A stretch of 64,000 bases of DNA from Podarcis melisellensis (lineage: Eukaryota), in assembly GCA_964234715.1 (NCBI GenBank), contig OZ174279.1; one strand, 5' to 3'. Within the stretch, counting starts at the first letter, position 1. The number at the start of each line of letters is the position of its first letter. A program made the translations under genes and the position numbers. A model generated the notes under the pieces. That model was not told where the DNA came from. It saw nothing but the letters and a program-made list of their open reading frames with translations, and did not search any database. Positions 50,107 to 63,583 of the stretch are shown piece after piece.

Positions 50107-52714
50107 CAACACAATCACAGCTTGGAAAATCAGTCTGTCCTTTCTTTGTAGGTGTATCGATTAGGTTCTTTGTAGGGGTGTCCAAGAACTTCATAGGCGA
50201 TTCAAGAAAACTACTGAGTGTATTCTTTGTTGGAGAACACCCTAAGATCCCTGTTCTCTGTGTGTTCTCAGTCTCCAAGCTTCTTGATGTTGGAACTGTA
50301 ACTTCACTTGCACACTCTGCTTTCCTGAGAGCCTGCAAGGTTTCCCCTGGGGAGGCTAAGCTACAGTTAATGGACATGGTTTGCAATTTCTGGCCCATTT
50401 GTTGTTCCATAGCACCGCACTCAAGTTTTGCTTGGTTTTCCTTGCACATTTCATCTGCTCTTTGACCAAAGATCTGAGGCAAAGGATGCATCTGAGCCAT
50501 GTTCATTGTTTGCTGTACCTGAGAATTCTTGTCTTTTTCTGTAAACATCTGTACATTTTCACTTCCTTGGTTCAAACAGGATTTTGCTTCGAAGTGAGGG
50601 ACTGTCAGAAGACTATTGGAGAGTAGGCCACTATGGTGCAGAGCATCTGGGGCAGCACCTGGAGGATTGGTGCCCCGTGCCTCATTGGAGCCCATAGTTT
50701 TCATGTGCTCAGGCACCATTTCAAAGCCAAACAACTTGTCTTTCACTTTGTCTTGCGTTGAAGCAGGCAAAGGCCTGTGGTATATTATTTGAGTTTTGGG
50801 AAGAAATAATGCAGCTGCTTTTTGTTGTGATGACAAAGTATTCCGATTCCATGCCTTCTGTACTTTGGCTTTAGAAGATCTTTTCCCCAAAGCAGTTAGT
50901 TTCGAATCCTGTGACGCGTTACGACCAACCTTGCGTAGTTTAGAAGGCTTTTTCGGTATGTCCTGTAATTCACTAAGATGGCAATCTTGTTGTAGCTGAT
51001 TTTGTTGGTCAGGCATTACTTGAGGCTTCTTTTTTAATCTTTTTGCCCTCGGTACTGGTTTTTCATTTTTCCGTGTTGGTTGCCTTTGCTTGACTAACAA
51101 TGGACTATAATTGTTCCTTACAAATACAGATTGTTTCTTCTGCAATAGGCACTGGTCCTGTTTATGTTTCGGTTGCATATCGGGTGGTATTCGACTGAGA
51201 AGCGATGTCTTCTGGTCTGGGCTTGCTTTGCTTGATTCAATTATTGCTGCAAGTTGAGTTAATTGGGTGGCTACCTCTTCCTCATCCTGGCTATGAATAT
51301 TTCCCCTAAATACAGAATTACTTTTTGAATTTGAGCCATGGACAGCCTTCCCCTCCCACTTTCCAAGCATGTCTACTCTGCTCCTCCGCTGTTTGACAAC
51401 ACTTGAGATTTTGGAGCATGGCCCAATGGCAGCTTTATGATAAAGAGGGTGTTTCTTGGTAGTATGACCTGAAGTTCCCCCAGACACTAACGCAGATAAA
51501 GACTTAGTATCTCGTGGGGAGAAATGTAGCCTACGCAATAAGCTAGATGGACCAGTGGTTTTACTGGGGAATTCAGAAATAGCACCTTGACCATTGTAAA
51601 GCAAACTCTTAGGAAAGATTCTTCTCTGTGAAGCACCATGAGAAAAGAGCTGCTGGTCTTTCTGTGGACAAGCCCCTTTGATTGCTATCAATGCAGATGA
51701 CGTCAAGGGACTTTTAGGAAGGGTTCTTCTCTGCGAAGGAGCATGAGGAAAGAGCTGCTGGTCCTTCTGTGGACAACTTCCTTTGATTACTTTCAATGCA
51801 GATGATGTCAAGAAACATGAATTATCCTTTTTGTAATTGTTAAGTGAATGTGAACTTTGCTCTTCTATGCACTGAACTCTTTCTGGTTTAGCTGGTAAGG
51901 GAGCTCCTGGAGGGACTTCCGACAAGCGTGTCAATGCCTCAATAGCTACAACCTGTTCTACAGTTAAATTTCGGTTTTTAATCAAAGATAAAAAAGTTGA
52001 CTGAAGTGACAAATCTTCAGGTTGCAAATCTTTGCTTGGAGCACCATTTGAAGCACCATCATCAAGGCAGCCATCTGTGTCATGCACGGGAGTGCAAGAT
52101 GGCTTGTCCTGAAGATCTAAAAGTGAAATAGTTTGTAAAAGTGAGTTCTCAGATTCCTGAATGGCATTAGAGTTTTCTGTCTGCTGCGCTAGAACGCGAT
52201 CCTTCTTTTCTGGAAGAGCACCACATGTTCCAGTTGTCAAAGTGCTGTTATTGTTCAGTTGAGCAGCGCAACCCAAAGAGGCATCCAAGTTGCTTTCTGG
52301 GCAGCTGTTTGCCGGATCAGCACCTGTTTTTTTCAGCAACAAGTCACATTCTGCTGGTGAATAAGGAATGCTTTTAATGCCATTTCTAACAGTTTGTGCA
52401 AGCAACTTTTTGGGGTCATCTAACACGTTGGAAGAATGAACAGCTTTTGGATCCTTTTCAAAATGTTTTGAGTTCTCATTCCTTGCTCTAGCTCTACAGA
52501 GGTCACCGTTCACATGGACGCTAAGCGATGGCTTCTCATTCTGTGCCCACTTCTCCGTTTCTAAGCCAGTCATACTTCCCTTTTCATCTGCCTGTACATT
52601 TTCCCAAGGCAGCAAATGGCTTGGTTTCACCTTGGGTTTTTCGCCATGGCCGTGGGCAACACAGTCCATGAGCTCTGGTCTGCAGCCATTGACTGGTTTG
52701 TTTTCTAAGTCTCC
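50107..52714 (-). CDS. TET1: TET1 large exon 4 (2608 nt)
   Basis: ttttcag|GGA GAC...GTT G|gtaagt; most of ORF 49973..52669; contains [17 protein letters not shown] (Sin3-interaction helix) and ends [27 protein letters not shown]. Confidence 0.96.
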
Positions 52715-54067
52715 CTGAAAAACAACACAAAAATAGTTTTAGCCAACGCTGTTATTCCTGAATATACAGATGCATCGGAACTACCCTAATTAACCTTTTT
52801 ATGGGCAAAAGTATTTAAACATCAGCAATGCAACACTGTAGCAGCGGTAGTGTGAGAATGCAGCCCGAAGGAAGGTGCTTGCTTCCGAATAAAGGAGATT
52901 AAGATTGTTTTTCAAGGGTGGAGGTACCAATTCAGTGATTTCCACTGAAATAAAAATTATGTGTGTGAGAAAAAAAGTTTAGGAGCAGGTTATATAAAGT
53001 TTTGTTTTTTTCCAATATAGAGAGAGTATACAGTAACTGTAAGTAACACTTGCACGCTGAAGCCTAACTTTTACCTAACTGAATTTGTGTCTTGGTTGGT
53101 TCAGTGGTCTGTGACTGAGGAAACAGTGTGTACATATTACCAGGAAAAGGGAAGAGGTGGACTACAAGGTATGTTGAGGAATATTCTATCTTATCAATTC
53201 TACATTTGAGAGCTATTCAAACATCAGAATATTGCCTTTACCAAACATCTTATTATGAATATTGGAGTCCAGACTCATCCACAGTTGTCTATAATGAACA
53301 ATAATCTGCCTTTTGCCATTTTAAAGTTTTATTACACTATTGTAAATTCTTCATCAGCCACATGTAATGGGGTAGAAATTTTACTGGAAACAAAGATCAT
53401 CAACCAGAGTCCTTTTAATTGGACAGGTCAGCTAATACTGTACATTCTGAAGCTTTGGTGCTTTTTTCTGGAGATGGAAAGAGAAGTCTGGATTTCAGAC
53501 TTGCAACAAAGACAAAATCAACTTTGGGACCACACTGCATATTGTCATAGGTATGGAACTACATTATTTGTAAAGGGAAGGAAAGGGGGTTGACTTCTGC
53601 TATATAAAACGTGAAGAGGTAAAACACCAGTATACTGAGTCTCACAGAGATTTACCTTCACCCATTAAAAAAATTAACATAAATGGTTTTCATACCACAA
53701 CCTACATTCCAATTTATCTTGGAGTAGTAAAATGCCCCTAACCAAGGGTGAAATATCTGGGTAGGTCTGTTTCCCCAAATCAGTTTTTGTTTGAAAAACC
53801 CCACGGAACATTCTTTTATCCCAATATGTTAACATTAGCTAGGACAAATAAGCACACCAGTGGCAAAAATCAATCAAATCCTTTTTGTCCCAGGCTCTTT
53901 ATGTGTACAGAAAGAAAAATTGAAGAAGTAAAGTAGTTAAAATTTGGGGGACACTGGTTTGCTGCTGTGCAGGTAACATAGTGCTTAGCTGGGGGTGCTT
54001 TCTATGAATGGGATATTATCAGGGTGATAAGAATGATAGTATGGAAATGTGGCACACAAAGGGCAAA

Positions 54068-54255
54068 GGCCAAAGCTCAGTAGCAGAGCACAGACTTTGC
54101 ATGCAAAAGATCCCACATTATATCTCCAGCATCACCAGATAAGGCTGGGAGAAATAACTGCCTGAAACCCTGGAAGGCCACTGCCTGTTAGTGTACAGAA
54201 CAATGCTGAGTTAGATGAACCAATGGTCCAATCAGGTATAGGGCAGCTACCTAAG
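54068..54255 (+). mobile_element. tRNA-derived squamate SINE with CR1-like tail
   Basis: AGCTCAGTAGCAGAGCA head; CTGCCTGAAACCCTGGA..CTGAGTTAGATGAACCAATGGTC body. Confidence 0.65.
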
Positions 54256-57111
54256 TTGCAACACATAAACACTTGAAGGATATTTATGCAGCAGGAACAC
54301 AGAAGACAGACTTACTGCTGGGGACAATTGTCTAGGACCCAAAACGCTATGTTTCCAAGTGCCGTAAAGCTTTCAGTGGTGATATTCCTGAAGATTCGCA
54401 TTCCTTAAAAGTGTTTCCTGAAAAGGCAGAAGCTCTGTACTACAAATCCCCCACGCCCAATTTTTATTCATTTTTGTATATAATATCTAGCTTTGACCCA
54501 GGAAGAGGATGAAACTGAGCCCAAAAGCCGAAGTAAGGCAGCAGTTTCAACATTTGCTCCAGCCTGCGCTGTTGCTGTAGAAACAAAGAATCAGCTTCCC
54601 TGAAGATTGTGCCTGAAAAGCAACGAGCTCCAGGAATACCCTTTATGCCCCCCCCCCAGCCAACCTCTTCCCAACCCCAACTCACTGTTTTAGGCTCCAA
54701 GCCCGACTCTGCATTGCTCCCTGCTACTTCATCACTCCATCCGACTCAAAGTGGGAGAAGGTCAAAAGGGTATGAACCCAGTTCAGCTTGCCTGCTGCCA
54801 GGATGCCAACCTGGTCCATGGGTGCTGGTGCTTCTTTCAAGCAACACTGTTGCATCCAAGGGCTTTCAGTTTTATTTCCCCTCAGCCGCTGGCTGATGAT
54901 GTGCACAAACAGCCGGCTGATGCTGCGACTACTGCCGTCACTGATTCAGTTCCCCCCAGCAACACCAGCAGCCAGTGTCTGGGCTGGTCCTCCACTGTAG
55001 CGTAACAGCAGCCAGGAGCCCAGCACTCACTGAGCTGGAGTTAACTCCTTGCAGGCCAGATACAAGTACAGGGAGGCAGAATGAACAAAGAAAAGCTGCC
55101 TCCAGTACAGAGGCAGGCAGGCGGAAAGTCTTGCTATGTATTAAAACAGCTGTAAAGTCAAATGCAGCCAGTTTGCAAAACAGTGTTGCGTATAAAACTA
55201 TTCAAGTCTGCTCCTTGTCAATCACCCACTTCCCCTGCACCTCAGCTTCTATATCAAACTGAAACAGATGCTAATCTGCAGGTTCACATGCAGAAAGTCC
55301 CAGCACATCAGAGTACCCTAAAAAAGATGGAAGGGAAATCAAGCCAAGAAAAAAACATGTTATGTTTTGCAACAAGCTGAGCTTATCTCCTACTTCTCTG
55401 CATCCAAAAATGGAGCGGGCTGGCTCACAAGAGGTGGATTAAGTCCAAAGCAAGCTATTCAAGCAATGGTCACAAGTGCATTTGAACCAGGGACATCAAA
55501 GCACGAAAGGGTAGATCGAAGAAAGTTATCCTCTTTGACCCAAACTTCATTCAAATTGGCCACATGCTCATGCTGCAGTCTAGACTTCATCTGAAGCGAC
55601 ATTCTCACTATAGCTACGAGTGGCTGCAATACAGTTCCATTCTGCACAAATCAGCAGTGGCAGCGCTGTAAGAAAAAGGTTTGCAGCCTTCTTTTTAAAA
55701 TGCGTAGTTTATGACTCTGCTACATTTTGCATGCAAAAAGTGCCTTTCTTTCAAATATGCTCAAGGTGCCAGAAATTGACAGAGGAGGAATGCAAGCTAC
55801 TTGTCTCAGAAAGCGCAGGACCCTCTTGGCCTCTGCCCCCCTTTAGTGTGATGTATACTACTCAGGTAATATGTGAAGCTCCTCTGGGTCCCATGGAGGA
55901 ACAACTGCTCCTCTCTGCTCTGATAGGAAACAAGAATGACATGTGAAATAGCTCCAGCGTGGTACAGCTCAAAGGGCGCCACCCCACAAATCTTAATTGA
56001 AAAGCAGGCAACTGAGTTCACAAAGCATTGCTTCCACTACCTGTCTCACACATGGTACACACCATGGAAGGTATTGGTACTGTTTGAAATAGTCATTTAA
56101 GTTCAACTTGAATGCCAAAGTCTCCTGCAGCTATCTTGGGAGTTGCTTTGTTCTGTTTTTATGGTGTACTGTATGTTTTAAATGTGTTGTAAGTCACTTG
56201 GAGACGTCTGGGTAACAACCAACTGGCAAGTCTAATAAATAACAGCAACAACCTCAGTCCTGAGTGTTCCTGGGCTATTCCTGCCCTATCTTATCTGTCC
56301 CAGTTATGGCTCTGTTAGGGTGGGAGCAGGAGAGTGCTTGTGACTTCTGGCTAACACATTACATTTGTTTCAAGATTAAAGCTAAAATGTCCTTTTTCTT
56401 AAACTCAAAACACGCTGTTCATTCTATGCTTCCTCAAACTATCATCTTTGAATCTTTGTCCCTCCATTCTTCCCACTGCAGACCAGGGGTATCCAACATG
56501 GTGTTCTCTCCAGATGTTGTAGGACTCTCAACATTCCTGACTCTTGGCAACACTAGCTGGGGCTGATGAGAGTTAGTTCAACAACATCTGGAGGGCACCA
56601 TGTTGCTCTATGCTACTCTAGACCTTATTTAAAGGGGATAGGCTCAAACAGAAAACAGTATTGTTTTATCAGATCCCTCTTTCTCTCTAAACAAACTTTA
56701 GGTGAACCCCCTCCCACCCCAAGAAGTGAACAACAAGAGACTGGGGGAGGGTAATTGCAATTATTTTGTTATCTGCAAATAGAGAGAGGGGACGTCTGCT
56801 TACTGTTCTTGGTGCCACCCATTATGAAAACTCAACAAAGTAATACTTTTCTAAAAACAACAACTAAAACAATCTTAATCAAACTGAAGAGTCGAAATGA
56901 TAAAGAGGCAACTAGTCTCCTGCTGGGAGAGAGCTTCAGCGGATTGTTAAGTATATTTATATTGTAAACCGCCCCACAATCCTCGGATGAAAGGTGGTAT
57001 ATAATTTAATAAACTAATGAAATGAAAGTTACCAAGCAATATTATACCAACGATTTATAGCTTTTGTTAATGCACAGGGGGAGCAGCAAATAAATGGTCA
57101 GTTATCCATTA

Positions 57112-57337
57112 CAGTGGTACCTCGGGTTAAGTAATTAATTTGTTCCAGAGGTCCGTTCTTAACCTGAAACTGTTCTTAACCTGAAACACCACTTTAGCTA
57201 ATGGGGCCTCCTGCTGCCGCCGCGCTGCCAGAGCACGATTTCTGTTCTCATCCTGAAGCAAAGTTCTTAACCCAAGGTAATATTTCTGGGTTAGCAGAAT
57301 CTGTAACCTGAAGCGTATGTAACCCAAGGTACCACTG
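57112..57337. mobile_element. Tc1/mariner MITE, same subfamily as 43012
   Basis: Same TIRs, TA TSD and internal sequence. Confidence 0.92.
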
Positions 57338-60300
57338 TATTGGATTCTGGCCAAACCCTACCAGTTATACAGCCAGGTCTCGGTCTCAGGACATACAGTT
57401 ATCCAGATGCTGCAAGGTGCATATTCAGAAAGTGTCTGTCTAGAATTGCAGGTACGGAAGAAAAGTGAGGGATCTGTAAATTCTAGAGCTATCATACAAT
57501 TAATTACCTGCTGAAAACAGAGACCCTCTCCCAAAAATCTTGGTTAGAGTCATAGGCAAGGCTGACCTGCCCCTCAAGAGGTATGAAGCCAATTGGATTC
57601 TAGAACTCTCAAGAGGATAAATACATTGATCCTTATGGTTAAGTTTCCAATGTCCTGACCAAGCTATCAGACAACAAATTGGACTACAACACATTGGCAA
57701 TGTTTGTGGGTACCAATAGTCAACAGCCTTGGCTTAACAAACCACACAGTGCACACAACCTGATAACTCCCACTTTGATGATCCCTTCATAAGAGATGGT
57801 AAAAACCACAAAAGGATACCATTATCTGAACCTATGATAATTGTTTATCTCTCTCTAACAAGCCAAAAATCACTAGCTAGCCTTAAAGCAAAGTTTGTCA
57901 TTGGTTTATAAACTGTGTATTGCTAGGGAAAAACAAACCACAATTCCAGATTCAGATATAATGTGATGCTATGCCCTTCCTGGTTTGTTTACCTGCTCAT
58001 TCAAAGAAATGAGCAAAAAGTACACAACTCTGTACACAGTGCACAGGCACTCTGCTTGTGCAAAGTATCGTTTGTTAAAGATAAACCAAGAACCTTGGCT
58101 TATCATTATGTGTAAACGTGGCCAGTGGCATGCAGGAATCATTTTCCATTTTTTTATTACTGCACATCTCCTCGCCTTGAAACCCAGAAAGAAAAGGGGA
58201 TATTTCAGCCAAATCTGTTATTTGGTTTTATTTGCAAAATGGCATTTTGAAGGCTATACTGAAATCTTCCTTGCCTCTTACCAGTGCAATGCCATCCTGC
58301 TAACCACCTCAGAATTATGAGAGGGCCTGTGAATCCAGGATTTCACCTTACAGAGATTAAGCCATCTATGACAGTTTGGATGGGTTTCCCCATCTATCTG
58401 GCAAGAACAAGTCACTTGCATTTGGTTCAGCCTGGGACTCCAAACCTAAACTGCATTTGAGATGTCAAACTCAGTCTTGCTTGTTTTATTTGGATCAGTT
58501 TCAATTAGTCTCATTTACAGATGCAGAGGGCATACACTGAAGTGGGCCCATGAGCTACAAAACACAATTTGGATCCATGCCCATCCTAACAGATGAAAGC
58601 CAACAGGGCAATGCTGTGTTCCTTATTAGCTGGTATTACCAATGCACTGCTCAGGGAAAGCAGAATGCCAGATGGTCTCAAAGCTATACCTATTTGTACC
58701 CTGCTAAACAAACATGAAGACACAATGCCGCTCATTGACTGCTCTGCTTCCAGCTTTTTCCTTTATGGAAAAAGGCTGTTGAGTGGGCTGCCCAGCAGCT
58801 TCAGGCACATCAGAAAACCATTACCATAATAGTAGTCAGAACTTTTACCCAGAGGGAACTAGAAGCTTTGTAGAGGAAACTAGTGGTAGATCTGGTCACA
58901 TAAATCTCCAGCAAGGGTTCATTTACCCAAAGATACCCTTTATGTACCAAAGCATATTTAGTTTGCCTTATACCAGGAATGCATTATGAAAACTTCTGCC
59001 AGTTTGGTATCAGACGCAAACTTGGCTACCTCATTGCTTGCCCCCTAACTCAAGTACATTTACGAACAACTTAAAAAGCATGGGTCACAATATTGATCCT
59101 TCTACCTACTGCATCCTTCCATCTCTGCTTCCTATTCCTTAGCCATTTACAGATACATGAGAAGATAATCTCCGACTACTGGCCATGTTGGGTGGAGCTG
59201 ATGGGAGTTGTAATCCAGCAATATCTGGAGGGTACCACATCAGCAACGCCTAGGATAACCTCAGATCCACAAAGGATGCTGTTTCGCAGTAATCAGCAAA
59301 ATGTTAAGAATAGCAAATAACAGAATGACGATCCTTTGCAAAAGAATTTTTAATTAAATTAGGGCTAATCATTCAGGTCTTGCTACAAAAACAAATACAC
59401 AAAGTATTTTGTAGATCCAGTGGCAGCTTATCAAAACTGTGCACCACATAGGATCTTTAGTGCAGAAATTCAAGTTTATAAATGGCATGTTATTATGGTG
59501 AGCTATTAAAAGAACAAAGTCAAATGAAGGCGTTCCTTCCTCCAGCTCTACCTCGAAAACTACCACCCAGGTGTTTTAACACCTAACACAGGGAACACAG
59601 AGAGTTTAGAGCAGTGTGGATGTCCTGGTTCCCACCCTTGGATAAAAGACTCTTAGATAGGGAAATCCCAAAAACTTTACTTATAAAACCATGGCCTCAT
59701 CATCAGATCTACTAACCAGACTTTGAAATTAGCAGGGCACCAGGCGCATTTTGTACCTAAAGATTCTCCATTTGCGAACACCTCAAAAAGTCTGGGTGCC
59801 ATTTTTTGCACCTGGCTGACACTCAAGGATTATGGAAATGTATGGGCTTTGAAGCCTCAAAGTATATGTTAAGGATAGGCAATATGTTAAGGAGTTTAAC
59901 AATAAAGAGTAATGTGTTTTGAAAACTGAAGTATGGTATCAAAAATTTTAATGTAAACACCAAATTAAACATGTATTAACAATTTATGTTTAAAATGTGA
60001 TGTTAACAATGTGTAACTTATGTGAATTGTGTATTGGTTCATGCTCATCAAAATAATAAATAAAAAGTGTTGCTACCTCTCCCAAATGGTGACTAGACAT
60101 TCTGTTTTGGTGCCCACAACCCAGGTCCTAGAAGCCATTTGGCTCCTATCTCAGTTTCTAACACTGCTATTAACGGTTTATAAACAGAGTTCTGGGATAC
60201 CTGGCTAGGCATAAGCAAATATGTTGTCCCAACACTTGACTCACCTCTCCTGCTCTGCTTTTAAAGAGAAGGACCACACAGTCACAAGCGACAGCTCTTG

Positions 60301-60925
60301 GTGGTGGCGGCGGCGGCAGCTGCTGGGTCTACTGGTGCATCCTTGGCAACAAGACCTGAGCCCAACCCTCAAACTCTCCCTATGTCTCCAACTCAGCTGC
60401 CTCTGCCAAATTACCAGCTGCCTCTTTCACTATCTTGGGCACTCTGTACTCAGGAGATGGAGTAGGAACTCGTCCAGCTAACAACTCCCCCCTGTCCCTT
60501 ACAAAAGCATCTCTACCTCAACCGCAGAGTTCTCATCCTCTGACAGATCCTGCCATTGCCACCCTGTCAAAGCTGATGCCACAGGACTCATGGCACCTGC
60601 CTCTGCCATCTACCTTGACCCAGCCTATTTTGAGCACCTGCTAATGTACCTACTATGGATGCTTAAAAAGAGAAGCAATAAGGAAAGTGCTCTTCACTGT
60701 CAAAAATCAACACTGTGGAGTCAGAGCACCATTCACCTCAACAAGGCAGTAAGCTGCTGCAAGAACTGGCACCTTTATGGCAAAGGCAAGGATCAGTTAA
60801 CTTTTAACAGCAGGTCCTCTTTTACATAAGAATGTTATAGCCCAAAAGGGCAGGAGGCAGGTGGAGGGGCAAGGAGTGTTGAGAAAATAGTTGTTTGAAC
60901 AGAGGTTACACACTTCTCCCGCATT

Positions 60926-61003
60926 ACAGAATCACAGAACTGTAGAGTTGGAGGGGACCCCGAGAGTCATCTAATCCAACCCCCGCAATGCAGGAATCTC
61001 AAC
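60926..61003 (-). mobile_element. CR1 LINE 3' end, short
   Basis: Close reverse complement of 42848-42918. Confidence 0.8.
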
Positions 61004-61497
61004 CACAGTCAATTATACTTGCAATTTGCCTACTTGCCTGTGACAAGTAGCCATTGCCCTGAGCAGATAACCAAATAATAAACTGCACCTGCCCAATGTG
61101 GGGCACTTGCCAGAAAAGGCTACACATACAGGTTCCACAGTACAGTATCACATTACGGTGGCAACACACATAGCAGAACTACCAGCCCTAGGAACCAGAG
61201 GGAACATAGTTCCACAAGGCTGCTAATACTACCTACAGTAGACACCTTTAAGGTGTTTGGGGAAGAGAGCTCTGAAAAGCTTGCCAAAGTGCTAAAACAG
61301 AGAGAGTCAGTAGGGAGACTGCTCTGGAAAAAAGGAAGCAAACATAGCTTACCAAGCTGACTGGCAGGTAAATGGAAGTGAAGGAGTGGCTGATAGCCCA
61401 AGAGAAGGAAGGCAAAGATTGCCTCCCCGCACAGCTTCCTAACAAAAAGGTCTATCAGTTCTTTAATATTACAGGATTATTCCAAGATGCCTCCCCC

Positions 61498-61711
61498 AGT
61501 GTGGTGTAGTGGTTAGAGTGTCAGACTAGAACCTGGGAGAGCACAGTTCAAATCCCCATTGAGTCCTGAAGCTCACTGGGTGACCTTGGGCCAGTCACTC
61601 TCTCTTTGCCTAACCTAACTCACAGGGTTGTTGTGAAACTAAAAGTGTGCACGCCACCTCAGAATCCTTGGAGGAAAGGTAGGATAAAAGTATAAAAATA
61701 CATAAAATAAA
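61498..61711 (+). mobile_element. tRNA-derived MIR-like SINE
   Basis: A box TGGTGTAGTGG, B box GTTCAAATCC, core GTGACCTTGGGCCAGTCAC, A-rich tail; decayed relative at ~45900-46090. Confidence 0.8.
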
Positions 61712-63384
61712 TGTGAGCACACTATTGCTTGGTAAGGTAGGACTGGGTCACCTCTACTCACAGCTTGGGCTCTTCCTGCCTCTTCTAGCCTTAAACGGCA
61801 GTCTGTGCTTGTATCCAGCTCATTGCTATCTCTGTGTTTAAATGGGCAACAAATGTCCAGCAGTGATAGAATCAAAACTACCAGGCAGAACAATAATTTG
61901 GATAATCCTATCCTCACAATAATTGCATAGCTATTTTTGCAGATCAGCATCCCAAACACCCAATGTCATTTTTTGCTTCAAGGAGGATTTTTTTTTAAGT
62001 GTGTGAGAAGAGGGCAACTACAATATCAATAAATATAGAAAAGCTTTTTTTAAAAAAAGCAACCAAAAATGAAATCAGTTATTTCTTCCTTCTCATGATG
62101 GCACCTGGAAAGACTGCAACATTAATTGGAAAAGTTTGGCAATATTGCAGTGCTGAAAGAGGAGAAACACTGGAAGGTTTTAGTCAGCAGATGTGTCCAA
62201 AGTTTGTTGCAACTGTTGCATGGGGAAAGACCAATCAGCAGCTCAGCTTTATATATTTTTCCCTACAACAAGATGCCACAGGGAAAATAACCAAGCAGGG
62301 CAACTTAGTGCCCCTACAGCAGCTGGTGTAGGCTGGGGATGATGGGAGGTCCAGTCCAAAAAAAATCCAGAACAGGTTACAGCAGGTTGGAGAAGCTGAA
62401 CTTCAGGGAGGCTCTGCTCTGAGAGGCAGAGCCATATATGCCACCTTCAGACATAAATGTAAAAATCAAATCAAAAGCGTGAAGGACATTTTGAGCCCGG
62501 TTCTTCCAAAGATCATAGTTGTCTAAAAAATCAAGATATCACGTTCAATGTCATAAGTCCACAAGCACCTGTGCAGCACAAAGCAGGGACAAGTAATACA
62601 CAACTTCTTGTTTGCTCAGGAAAACAGACTCAAATATCGAGAAAATGCCAGGAAAAGCAACAAGAATGTGTGTGCTCTATCTCTGCATGCAGCCCTTGCT
62701 CCTACAGTTTTAGCACCCTTCACAGGTCTGTTGCCCCCTCAAAAGACTGCTCTTTCTGCCCCTCTGCTTGGAATTACCACTAAGATGACCGCAGCGATGC
62801 CACCTCTTAGTCTATTCAAATGCCTCCTTAAAACTTAAGTTTTCTGTGAAGCCTCTTGCTCAACATCCCACTTTCCCATTCCCTACTGCAACTAAGCCTC
62901 TAAACAAGTTGAAGTACACAAAGCTGAAACCAAAGCACACTGCTTCCCTATCTGCCTCCCCTTCTCTCCCCCTTTCATTTCTCAGTTGTTTCTTCCGTGT
63001 AAGATTTTAGGTTGTAAGCTCCTTGGGGCAGGGACGTATCCTCTTGCGCCCAGTGCAAGGATGGATGGCATTATATAAATATACAGTCATTCCACATGGG
63101 AAACAAAACATTTTGCTAACTTGCACTTTAAAACGCCACTCATACAAGAAACAAATAAAGCAGGAATAGAACCCAGTATTTATTTTAGACATTTCCTGCT
63201 TTTGCTTAGAATAGACCTGCTTGTGTTTATAGAACCTAACAATACTGGCTCTGCTTCATCTGAAGCACGAAATAATGAATTATGAACAAACAACTGTGAG
63301 CACATCCAATGGAATATCTGTGAGGCTTTAAAAGATGAGACAAATTCATGGAGGACAAGACTAGAAACAGCTACTAGTTATGAT

Positions 63385-63583
63385 GCCTACCTTTCTACCT
63401 CCACTGTCAAAGGTAATATGCCTCTGAATACCAGCTGCTGGGATCTGCAGGTGGGCAGACTGCTGTTGCACTCAGGTCCTGCTTTCAAGGCTTCCCAGAC
63501 ATATGGTTGGGCACTGTCAGAACAGGATGCTGGAGTAGATGGGCCACTGGCCTGATCCAGCAGGCTTGTCTTATGTGCTTATG
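63385..63583 (+). mobile_element. CR1-type 3' fragment, second family
   Basis: CAGGATGCTGGAGTAGATGGGCCACTGGCCTGATCCAGCAGG..CTTATG tail; a reversed relative lies at ~25590-25890. Confidence 0.65.

Noticed and set aside
61498-61570. tRNA gene
   Set aside because: A and B boxes present but no cloverleaf; continues into SINE core and tail
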